Below are positions 1 through 9,000 of a stretch of DNA of 26,299 nucleotides, piece after piece. Made by a program: the position numbers and the translations under genes. The notes under the pieces were generated by a model that was given only the letters and a program-made list of their open reading frames with translations, searched no databases and had not been told where the DNA came from. Origin of the DNA: Candidatus Firestoneibacteriota bacterium. Lineage in GTDB: Bacteria > Oederibacteriota > D2-FULL-39-29 > JBBTED01. Each line of letters begins with the position of its first letter. Positions within the stretch are counted from its first letter, which is position 1. The stretch covers positions 1 through 26,299 of the forward strand of contig JBBTED010000070.1 in the NCBI GenBank assembly GCA_038042445.1. The letters run 5' to 3'.

Positions 1-769
1 TGCCAGATAATACTTCTTTTAGAAAAACAACACGGGTTTTCCAGGAAAGTGCAGGTTTTAATTTGATTTTTTTATGGAAAACCTTATCTGAATATAATCC
101 ATAAGTTATCAAACCTGGCCTAACCATATCAAAATAAGATTCAGGGTATAATAAAACTGCCGCACTATTTGCAGTATGTTTTATAGGAATATGAACACCA
201 CATTTCTCAAGTTTATTACATAGAATTTTAAATTCTGCAATCTGTCTTTTTGTAAAAGAAGAATCACAATCAGCTGAAGGAAAATGTGTAAAAATCCCCT
301 TTAAATTTATATACTTAAGTCCTTTAATTTCAAGCGCAAGGTTAACAGTATCCAATGGCAATACACCTATTCTTCCCATGCCTGTATCCACTTTAATATG
401 CACATCAATTTTTCTATTTTGTTTCTTTGCTTCAAGATTTAACGCCTTAGACAATTCTAAATCACATACTGTTTGCTCAATTTTAAATTTTATGATATTA
501 AAAGCATCAGAAGAAAACAAAGGAGCCATCATCAAAATTGAAGACTTTATTCCGGATTTTCTCAAAGTTATAGCTTCTGGAAGTGTTGCAACACCAAGCA
601 TTTCTGCACCATTCTTAAGCACAATATTTGAAACATCTATTATGCCATGACCATATCCATTTGCCTTAACAGGAACAAGAACTTTAACTTTTGGACCAAT
701 TTTTTTACGTATTTGTGACATATTATACGCAATTGCATCTAAATTTATTTCTGCCCAAGAATTATACAT
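1..769 (-). CDS. alr: Alanine racemase (5' part; runs off the window edge)
   Basis: Not in the ORF track. Translated by hand from the ATG at 769: MYNSWAEINLDAIAYN...VKANGYGHG (PLP-lysine motif)...HIKVDTGMGRIG...THFPSAD...HTANSAA...DMVRPG. Starts 6 nt after the fabZ stop. Confidence 0.96.
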   Translation of the reverse strand, partial: MYNSWAEINLDAIAYNMSQIRKKIGPKVKVLVPVKANGYGHGIIDVSNIVLKNGAEMLGVATLPEAITLRKSGIKSSILMMAPLFSSDAFNIIKFKIEQTVCDLELSKALNLEAKKQNRKIDVHIKVDTGMGRIGVLPLDTVNLALEIKGLKYINLKGIFTHFPSADCDSSFTKRQIAEFKILCNKLEKCGVHIPIKHTANSAAVLLYPESYFDMVRPGLITYGLYSDKVFHKKIKLKPALSWKTRVVFLKEVLSG

Positions 770-775
770 AGTTTT

Positions 776-1219
776 TCAGTCAGCGTATGCAAACATCATT
801 TCAGCTTCTGCAACAAGCTTACTTTCAACATACGCATTACCTTGAACCACTGCAAATTTACCTTTACACTTTAGCATACTGATTTCAAGCTTAAGCTGAT
901 CACCCGGAACTACAAGTTTTCTAAAACGTGCCTTGTCTATACCCATAAAATAAGCAATTTTACCGACATTTTCAGGTTTTGAAAGCATAAGAACACCAGC
1001 TAACTGTGCCATTGCTTCAACTATCAAAACTCCAGGCATAACAGGTTTTCCTGGAAAATGCCCATTAAAAAAATCTTCATTCATTGTAACATTTTTTATA
1101 CCAACTGCACGTTTATCTGGCTCCATTTCAATAACCCTATCTACAAGCAAAAAAGGAAATCTATGTGGTAAAACTTTTTGTATTTCCACAATATCTAAAA
1201 TTTTTCCATTCACTTCCAT
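776..1219 (-). CDS. fabZ: 3-hydroxyacyl-ACP dehydratase FabZ
   Basis: LPHRFPFLLVDRV, FFNGHFPGKPVMPGVLIVEAMAQ and FRKLVVPGDQL motifs; SD GGAGGTG at 1224-1230. Confidence 0.97.
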   Translation of the reverse strand: MEVNGKILDIVEIQKVLPHRFPFLLVDRVIEMEPDKRAVGIKNVTMNEDFFNGHFPGKPVMPGVLIVEAMAQLAGVLMLSKPENVGKIAYFMGIDKARFRKLVVPGDQLKLEISMLKCKGKFAVVQGNAYVESKLVAEAEMMFAYAD

Positions 1220-1243
1220 AAAACACCTCCATTTTTATATTAT

Positions 1244-2074
1244 CTATAATAATTTAGATAAAAGTTTTACTAATTCGATATCAAGACTATGACCTGACTT
1301 CACTGCAATTATATGACATTTAATTGGGCTACCTAAAAGTGCAATAGCACCTAAAATATCCAAGACTTTATGTCGGACTGGTTCATCAGAAAATCGCAAA
1401 CCATTTTTATTTAACACTTTTGATTTTCCAAACACAAGAGCAGTTTCAAAACTTCCGCCTTTAATCAACCCAAGTTTTCTCTGTTTCTTTATTTCATCCA
1501 TCCATCCAAATGTCCTTGCAGATGAAATATCTTTTATAAAAGTATCATCATTTATATTTATATCAATATATTGCGTTCCAATCAATTTATTTTTATAATC
1601 AACTGTATAACTTATTTTTAATTCATCAGATGGAACAGCAAGCAAATATCTATCATTTTGTTGGACATACTGGGCAACTTTTAATTTTAAAAATTTCTTT
1701 GGAACATTTAATTTTTGAATATTGTTTTTAGAAAGCATCTTTACCAAATCAATTGCACTGCCATCCATAATTGGAAGCTCATTATTATTTATTTCAATAA
1801 TAATATTATCTATTCCAAGGGCATAAAATGCTCCAAGAAAATGCTCAACTGTATGTATTTTAAATTTCTTGCAACCTAAAGTTATGGCATAAGATACATC
1901 TAAAACATTTGAAATATGTGCTTTTATTTTTGGACAAGATGGTAAATCTGTTCTTATGAAAATTATACCGGTATTGGCATTAACAGGTTTTAGTATTACT
2001 TTAACTTTATTTCCGGTGTGAAGTCCAACACCAGACAATTCAATTGGATGTTTTATTGTCCTTTGATAATTCAC
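1244..2074 (-). CDS. lpxC: UDP-3-O-acyl-GlcNAc deacetylase LpxC
   Basis: QRTI..GVGLHTG, TVEH, ELPIMDGSA, ARTFG, EPVRHKVLD (Zn ligands) and KSGH motifs. GTG start overlaps the lpxD 3' end. Confidence 0.96.
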   Translation of the reverse strand: MNYQRTIKHPIELSGVGLHTGNKVKVILKPVNANTGIIFIRTDLPSCPKIKAHISNVLDVSYAITLGCKKFKIHTVEHFLGAFYALGIDNIIIEINNNELPIMDGSAIDLVKMLSKNNIQKLNVPKKFLKLKVAQYVQQNDRYLLAVPSDELKISYTVDYKNKLIGTQYIDININDDTFIKDISSARTFGWMDEIKKQRKLGLIKGGSFETALVFGKSKVLNKNGLRFSDEPVRHKVLDILGAIALLGSPIKCHIIAVKSGHSLDIELVKLLSKLL

Positions 2075-3077
2075 TTATTTTTTTTTCGAGATCTTTAACC
2101 TTTTGATAAAGTTTTGGGAGTCGCGATACTTCAGCCAAACTTCTTTTTGCTTCACCCATTTCTTTAGCTGGTGTTCCAAAATAAATTTTGTTTGGCTCCA
2201 AATCTTTTGATACTCCTGTTTGTGCAGCTATTATTATATTATCTTTTATATTTACGTGATCAGCTATTCCAACTTGTCCAGCTATTATTACATTATTTCC
2301 TACAGTAACACTTCCCGATATACCTGCCTGACCTGCAAGTATTACATTTTCACCAATTATAACATTATGCGCAACCTGAACAAGATTATCAATTTTTGTG
2401 CCTTTTTTAATTAAAGTCTTCCCAAGTGTTGCTCTGTCAATACTAACATTAGAACCTATTTCCACATCATCTTCTATTATAACACTACCAATTTGAGGTA
2501 TTTTATTATACTTCCCAACTTCATCCTTAGCATACCCAAAACCATCACTACCTATAACTGTTCCACTATGAATAATAACATTATTACCAATAACAATATC
2601 TCTTAAAACTGAAACATTTGGATAAATAATAGAATTTTTACCAATTTTCACTCTCCTGCCAACATAAGAAAGCGACATTATACAGGTATAATCTCCAATT
2701 ACAACTTCATCTTCAATAACACTATGCGCGCCAATAAAAACATCTTTTCCAAATTTTACATTTTTACCAAGGACAGCAGTTGAATGAATTTCTGGCGAAA
2801 ATTTATCCTGATTTAAAAATAAGGTTAATATTTTTGCAAAGGTAAGATGTGGATTGCCAATTAAAATGTATGGTTTAGATGTTTCGAATTTTAAATCTTT
2901 AAAAATTACAAATGCTGAGGCATTTGATTTGGAAATTTCAGGTATATGCTGGACATCAAGCACAAAAGCCAAGTCTGTTAATTTTGCAGTCAATAATTCA
3001 GAAACCCCAGACAATTCAATCTCGCCATCTCCAGATAATTCACCATTGGCAAATTGTGCGATTTCTTTAAGTTTCAT
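2040..3077 (-). CDS. lpxD: UDP-3-O-(3-hydroxyacyl)glucosamine N-acyltransferase LpxD
   Basis: Hexapeptide left-handed beta-helix repeats; IGSDGFGY, KIPQIGSVIIEDDVEIG, IDRA and KIDNLVQVAHNV motifs; follows skp. Confidence 0.97.
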   Translation of the reverse strand: MKLKEIAQFANGELSGDGEIELSGVSELLTAKLTDLAFVLDVQHIPEISKSNASAFVIFKDLKFETSKPYILIGNPHLTFAKILTLFLNQDKFSPEIHSTAVLGKNVKFGKDVFIGAHSVIEDEVVIGDYTCIMSLSYVGRRVKIGKNSIIYPNVSVLRDIVIGNNVIIHSGTVIGSDGFGYAKDEVGKYNKIPQIGSVIIEDDVEIGSNVSIDRATLGKTLIKKGTKIDNLVQVAHNVIIGENVILAGQAGISGSVTVGNNVIIAGQVGIADHVNIKDNIIIAAQTGVSKDLEPNKIYFGTPAKEMGEAKRSLAEVSRLPKLYQKVKDLEKKISELSKDNKTSN

Positions 3078-3586
3078 TTTTTCTTTTGGTCAAGTATGCC
3101 CAAAACTTTTTGAGTTAAATCATCACCACCAAACAAGAGACTGTTTTTTTCAAATACATAGTCATATTTTTCTGCAACAGCTATTGATTTAACTTTTTCA
3201 GCTATTTTATCCATTATTTTATCAACCATTTCTTTTTCGTTTTTAGCAAGTTTCTGCAAAGAATCATCAAATAATTTTTGTAATGTTTCTGTTTTTTGCC
3301 GTATCTGTTGTTCTTTTTCAGATGCTTTTTCTTTGGTTAATATTAATCTCTGACCTTCGAGGTCACGACCTAATTTTTCAATTTCTCCCTTTTTGTTTTG
3401 TAATTCTTCCTGCTTTGCAAATTTATCTTTATTAAATTTTTCTTTGGCAATTTTGGTTTCAGAATATTCTTCAAACAACTTAGCCATATCCACATATCCA
3501 AATTTTAAATTTTCCGCGCTAATAAAAGATGCATTAGCAAACATAACAAATGTTACAACTAATACGCCATATATGAATTTATTCAT
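3074..3586 (-). CDS. skp: OmpH/Skp periplasmic chaperone
   Basis: Signal peptide, KFGYVDM start of the mature protein, long coiled coil, C-terminal YDYVFEK..DLTQKVL; lies between bamA and lpxD; SD AAGGAGG upstream. Confidence 0.92.
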   Translation of the reverse strand: MNKFIYGVLVVTFVMFANASFISAENLKFGYVDMAKLFEEYSETKIAKEKFNKDKFAKQEELQNKKGEIEKLGRDLEGQRLILTKEKASEKEQQIRQKTETLQKLFDDSLQKLAKNEKEMVDKIMDKIAEKVKSIAVAEKYDYVFEKNSLLFGGDDLTQKVLGILDQKKK

Positions 3587-3607
3587 ATCATTCCCTCCTT
3601 AAGAGAA

Positions 3608-3664
3608 CCCCTCAACCCCCTCTATCTCCCCCTTATCAGGGGGAAATACCTTTGATGGGGAGAT
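3608..3664. repeat. GC-rich palindromic intergenic element (CCCCCT..AGGGGG type)
   Basis: TCCCCCT-TATC-AGGGGGA (3627-3644) is a perfect 7-bp stem. ATCTCCCC (3624-3631) is also complementary to GGGGAGAT (3657-3664), and CCCCTCAA (3608-3615) to TTGATGGGG with one bulge. Confidence 0.7.
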
Positions 3665-3667
3665 TTA

Positions 3668-5917
3668 TTAAAATATGTTTCCTATATTAAAATGTATTCT
3701 ACCACCTGGAACAGATAATTTCTCATTAAAACCATAACCATAATCTAATCTAAGCATCATTGCGCCTGTTATTACAAAACGAATTCCAAGACCTGCACCA
3801 GAAGAAAAATCAGAAAATTTTGCTTCTTCTGTAGAATCCCATGCAGCTCCTGTATCAGCAAATGTAACTCCCATAAGAGGACCTATTATTGGGAATCTAT
3901 ACTCAAGATTTCCAAATGACACAAATCTACCACCTGTAGGAACGCCATTTTTATCAGCAGGACCTATACGCCTCTCATCATAACCACGAACAGTATCAGT
4001 CCCACCCATATAAAATCTTTCATATATTGGAACTCCTGGAGTACTACCAAAACCAGTTACATATCCTACATTAATATGAAATGCTAATACAAATTTCCAG
4101 AATGTCTTAAGATACCAACTTGTATCTACTATGTATTTTGTAAAACTGTTATCACCCTGTAATATGCCACCTGCATATTGTGCTGACAAACTATATTTAT
4201 GTCCTTTTGCTGTATCAAAAAATATGCTATCTCGTGTATCTTCTATATATTCAGCTGTTAAACTCGAAGTCACATCGGTTCCCTCTGCTTGCTTTATAGT
4301 ATCAGATGCAGTAGAACTTACATCAAATATTTTGATTTGTTCATATCTATAAGTAAGCCAGCCTTTTGTATATTCTCCAATAGGACGTCCAAAACGCAAA
4401 TATCCACCAATTCTTTCATCTTTATAATCTTCATAGTAACTACGCATTAAATCATAAATTGATGTTCCAAAAGAAGTCTCTGTCCCAAATAAATATGGCT
4501 CAAAGAAAGTTAATTCGTAATTCCTCTTTTTTTCACCAAATTCCCATAGAATGCTTATTCTTTGCCCATTTCCAAAAAGATTATTCTCAGTAATTTGTAT
4601 ATAACCAGTCAAACCATCAAGACTGCTATATCCTGCACCAATTTGTGCCATTGCTGTTGGTCTTTCTTTAACTTTAAAAACTACTATTTGTCTTCCTTCT
4701 TTTGCACCAGGCAACGTATCATAAGATACATCTTCAAAAAACCCAAGATTGTAAAGTCTTTCACGACTTCTTTTCATTTTAGAACTGTCAAATGGCTCAC
4801 TCTCTTTAAGAACTAATTCACGCCTTATAACATTTTCATTAGTTTTAGTATTTCCATCAACATCTATTCGTTCAACATAAGCCACTTCACCCTCTGAAAC
4901 TCTAACAGAAATATCAACAAAACCTTTGGAATCATCAAAATTTATCTTTGGAAAAACTACTGCAAAAATATAGCCTTTTTCAGCATATAACATTCTAATA
5001 TCATTTATATCCCTATCAAGCCTTTCTTTGTCAAATACATCATCTTTTTTCAATGATATACGTGGGAATACATCCTCAACTGAATATATTGAGGTATTCT
5101 GTACTTCTACTTTCACATCATTTACTTTAAATTGTCCACCCTCTTCAATTGTCATTTCAATATACAATCTTTTCTTTTGTATATCAGGTGTAATTTTATC
5201 AGAAATAATTTTAGCATTAACATATCCTTCTTTACGATATAACTCTATAATCTTTTCCAAATCTTTTTTAAATACATCTTCTTTAAAAACTCCAGATGTC
5301 CAGAATCCTCTTTCTTCAGTATCCATTTCTTTTTTTATCTTTTTTTCAGTAAATACAGCAATGCCTTGAACAGTTATTTTTTCAACAAATATCTTAGTGC
5401 CTTCTTTAATTGTAAAAGATATATCCACTTTATCAGTATTTTCTCCATCAAGCTTTGTATCAACTTTAGCAAGATAATATCCTTTATTTCTGTATAATAC
5501 TGTTACTTTATCAACACTTTCTTTTAATGCTTTTGGATTATAAATTTGCCCGGAAACAAGAGTAACCTCGTCTTTAATATCACCATCACTTATTTCTTTA
5601 TTTCCTATAAATTTTACCTCTCCTACCATAGGCCATTCTACAACAATGATTTTTAATAATATACCACCATCAACATCTTCTTTTTCAATATTTATATCGG
5701 AAAAAAGGCCTAAAGAGTATAGTGCCTTTAAATCATCTTGTAACACATAAGAATCAAGAGATGAACCAACTTTTGTATTCATCTTTGTAAATATAACTTC
5801 TTGTTTAGTGTTTTTATTACCTTCTATTTTTATATCTTTTATAACCTTATTCTCCTGGCAAAAAACAATATTAGCCCCAAATATTAAAAACCCTAAAATT
5901 ACAATAAATTTTTTCAT
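3668..5917 (-). CDS. bamA: Outer membrane protein assembly factor BamA (Omp85)
   Basis: Signal peptide; repeated POTRA units (IKIEGNKNT, FIGNKEI, VQGIAVF, IDVDGNTKT..VIRRE..RLYNLGFF); ENNLFGNGQ; loop-6 FYMGGTDTVRGY; C-terminal IHFNIGNIF. Confidence 0.96.
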   Translation of the reverse strand: MKKFIVILGFLIFGANIVFCQENKVIKDIKIEGNKNTKQEVIFTKMNTKVGSSLDSYVLQDDLKALYSLGLFSDINIEKEDVDGGILLKIIVVEWPMVGEVKFIGNKEISDGDIKDEVTLVSGQIYNPKALKESVDKVTVLYRNKGYYLAKVDTKLDGENTDKVDISFTIKEGTKIFVEKITVQGIAVFTEKKIKKEMDTEERGFWTSGVFKEDVFKKDLEKIIELYRKEGYVNAKIISDKITPDIQKKRLYIEMTIEEGGQFKVNDVKVEVQNTSIYSVEDVFPRISLKKDDVFDKERLDRDINDIRMLYAEKGYIFAVVFPKINFDDSKGFVDISVRVSEGEVAYVERIDVDGNTKTNENVIRRELVLKESEPFDSSKMKRSRERLYNLGFFEDVSYDTLPGAKEGRQIVVFKVKERPTAMAQIGAGYSSLDGLTGYIQITENNLFGNGQRISILWEFGEKKRNYELTFFEPYLFGTETSFGTSIYDLMRSYYEDYKDERIGGYLRFGRPIGEYTKGWLTYRYEQIKIFDVSSTASDTIKQAEGTDVTSSLTAEYIEDTRDSIFFDTAKGHKYSLSAQYAGGILQGDNSFTKYIVDTSWYLKTFWKFVLAFHINVGYVTGFGSTPGVPIYERFYMGGTDTVRGYDERRIGPADKNGVPTGGRFVSFGNLEYRFPIIGPLMGVTFADTGAAWDSTEEAKFSDFSSGAGLGIRFVITGAMMLRLDYGYGFNEKLSVPGGRIHFNIGNIF

Positions 5918-5943
5918 CTAAAAATATCCTTTCTTTAATTTCT

Positions 5944-5995
5944 GTAGGAGCAGGCTTGTCCTGCCCTATTTTTGGGCGGGTAAACCCGCCTCTAC
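5944..5995. repeat. Inverted pair of GTAG-type REP-like elements
   Basis: GTAG-GA-GCAGG-CTTGT-CCTGC (5944-5964, +) and GTAG-A-GGCGGGT-TT-ACCCGCC (5995-5975, -), separated by a short AT spacer; strongly GC-rich against the background. Confidence 0.8.
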
Positions 5996-6010
5996 GCGAG
6001 TGAATAGTAT

Positions 6011-6040
6011 AATATACACTATCTATTATGTAAGTGTCAA
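6011..6040 (-). promoter_or_regulatory. Putative sigma70-type promoter for bamA-skp-lpx genes
   Basis: TTGACA (6040-6035, overlapping the tamB stop codon), 18-nt spacer, TATATT (6016-6011). Confidence 0.55.
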
Positions 6041-9000
6041 TGTAAAAACAGGGATGCTTCAAAACCACCATAAATTTCATCTTTACTTAAGCGAAATTTC
6101 AAACGTTCTCTTCCAGTTAAACTAAACTCTAACTTCATCTGCTGTTTCCATGCATCATCTATACCCATATATCCTGTTCCCTGATAAATCAAACTATATC
6201 CTAAATACAAGCTTTCTGTTAAATATTTACCCACATTAATCTCTGTTCCTTCAAGAAGATTAAAACTACCACTAATATTTGTAGTTGAAGCACTTGAATC
6301 AGACCTATAAGCACCAGGTCGGACATTAATTGTATCAAAACCACCGTATTTCTTTAAAACACCGGCAACTCCACTAGTTTGCAACCCAATGTTTATACCC
6401 TGTCTAATAAACATAGACGCCAATTCACTTTGCAAATACTGATTAATATCTTTATCAGATTTTGTTGTCCAATCTTCTCCTATTGCTAAATAAGAAGCTA
6501 TCTGCTGTTGTGTTAAAGGCGGTTCAGATGAAAGTTTAACTTCTACTTTTTCGAACTCACTAAAATCCTGCTCTTTACCACCAACCATTATAAAGATTTT
6601 AATATCCTTAACTTTAGTTTCAGCTCGTATATGCATAACTGGTTTAGCTTCTTTAGCCTCAGGTATCACAATGACTCCTTCAATAACATTAAATTGTGTC
6701 TGAGCAAAAGTAAATGTTCCACGTTCAGCTTCTACTCTTCCACTTACATTTATATCATATCCAGGTCCATAAAATAATAATTTATTTCCTTTTCGGACAC
6801 TAACTTCATTATAAACATTATAGTACCAAACATTCTTCTGGGCTATCGTAGTAATATCCCAAAAAATATCCTCAAGAAATGCATAATCATCTTTATTTTC
6901 TTCATCTATTTTAAGCGGATAAGTAAATCTTGAATCATGAATATAGGCTATTCCTGAAAATTTAGGATTACTTACAGGACCAAAAATTTTAAGCCCACCT
7001 TTTTCTTCCGAAAATATCATATAGTCATTGTCTATATTCTCCATTAACCCTGGAATGTTAAATTGCATACCTACATTTGAATCTGTAATAACTCTTAAAT
7101 TTAATTCAGCTGGTATAATTTGATTCAAAATCAATTCACCCTCTGCTCTAAAGTTTCCTTTAGCTATATCGCCATTTAGATAAACTATATTTGCACGATT
7201 ATCCTTAATAACAAACTTAGCTGTAAACCTATTTATTTCCCTTACAAGTGCAGCAGGATAAATTTTAGCACCATCATAAATCAATATTTCACCATTTAAA
7301 ACAGGATAAGCAGATGTCCCTGTAATATTCAACTTTATATCCATTGGACCTTTTAGGTCATTAAACCAACCTGTAAATTTAAGAATAGATATATCCGCTT
7401 TTTTTGCATCTATTTTAATATTCATTTCTTTAACTGATTTTTTATCTTTTATCCCTACAGGCAAATAACCATTTAGATACAACTGATATTTATTTGTAGT
7501 TTCAAATACAGAATCAATCAAATAAATATAATCCCCTTGTCTATTTATTTTAGCAGATACCTTATCAAAAACAAATCCATCCCATTCAACATTTTTAATT
7601 TGAAACGAAGATTTGAAATCGTCTTTAGGGAAAAATTTTATTTTACCATTGATGCTAAATTTAGCATTTTCTTCTGGTGCAATCAAATTTAATTCAGAAA
7701 GCACTCTTTCAACTTTTAAAGTAACATTTTTAAGCAAATTTTCATTGATTTTAAATGCATTACTTGTTGAAACCGTAAATTTATAATTTTGATTATCTTG
7801 TAGTTTCCCACGTATTCCTAAACCACCATCAAATTCAACACCTAATATTTTAATTTTTTTAAAATCAAATACTCCAGCAAATGTATTATTTTTAAATGAC
7901 GCTGACAAAATCCTCGCTTCACCTTTATCCTTTTTAATCTTTATATTATCAACCAAAATATCTTTACCCTTTAACTCGCAATACCCATCAATGCTATCAA
8001 AAATTAAATCTTTAAATATAAATTTTTTTACAAAAACTGACCCGCTTAAACTGGGTTCAGCAAAATTACCTTTAAATTTTAAATCCCCGGATATACTTCC
8101 ATTTATTTCAGGATATATATTTTTTAGTTCAACATTTGCCGGTATAACTGACATATTTAAACTATCAAGTGTAAGATCAGCTTTACCTTTTACATAAATT
8201 TCTCCTTTTTGCTGAGTAATCCTGCATTTTTCAATATCAAAAATATGACCATCGTAAAATATAAAATCCAATAGTATATTTTTATATAAAAAGGTCTTAA
8301 AGTTACCGTTTGTTAGGACAAGTTCACCTGATGCATTAAATTTTGGGAAATTTCCAAATACTTTCACACTCCCATTAATTTCTCCACTTAATGAATATAA
8401 GTTCAATACAGGAACAGAATGTAATATCGCGTTTTTAAAATTCAAATTTCCATTTATTTTGGGTGAATCCCCTAATTTAATATTGCCAGAAAATGCTATG
8501 CTTTTACCTATTTCTAAAATCAAATGTTTAAATTCATTATCTGCAAATTCAAATCCAATATTTATATTGTCTACTATTTTTTTATCTAAAGTCAGATTTG
8601 TTGTGAAAATTCTGCCATTTATAACATTTTCTTTTACTTCACAACTTGATGAAATATTACTTTGGGCAACAGACCCAGCGATAAGTTTTCTAAGATTTCC
8701 ATTTACTTCGCATTTAAAAACTGTAGAATCTTGTAATAAATATTTTGTTAACTTTCCAGATAATTCTAATTTTCCGGATTTAGAACCAATAGCTAAAAAT
8801 TTATTAAGGTTTAATGTTCCATTTGCACAAGTTAATGCTGATTCAATCTTAGTAATTGCTATGCCTTCATAATTAAATTTATCAATCGTAAAATTACAAT
8901 ATCCATTAGGATTATCAAATCCACCCTGTCCTTTTAAGTTTGCATTTATAACACCGCCAAACTTTTTATTTTCATCTATTCCGAATATGGGATAAAATAG

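Noticed and set aside
5871..6080. 69-aa minus-strand ORF between tamB and bamA
   Set aside because: It overlaps both neighbours out of frame and reads through the predicted promoter and REP doublet; probably spurious.
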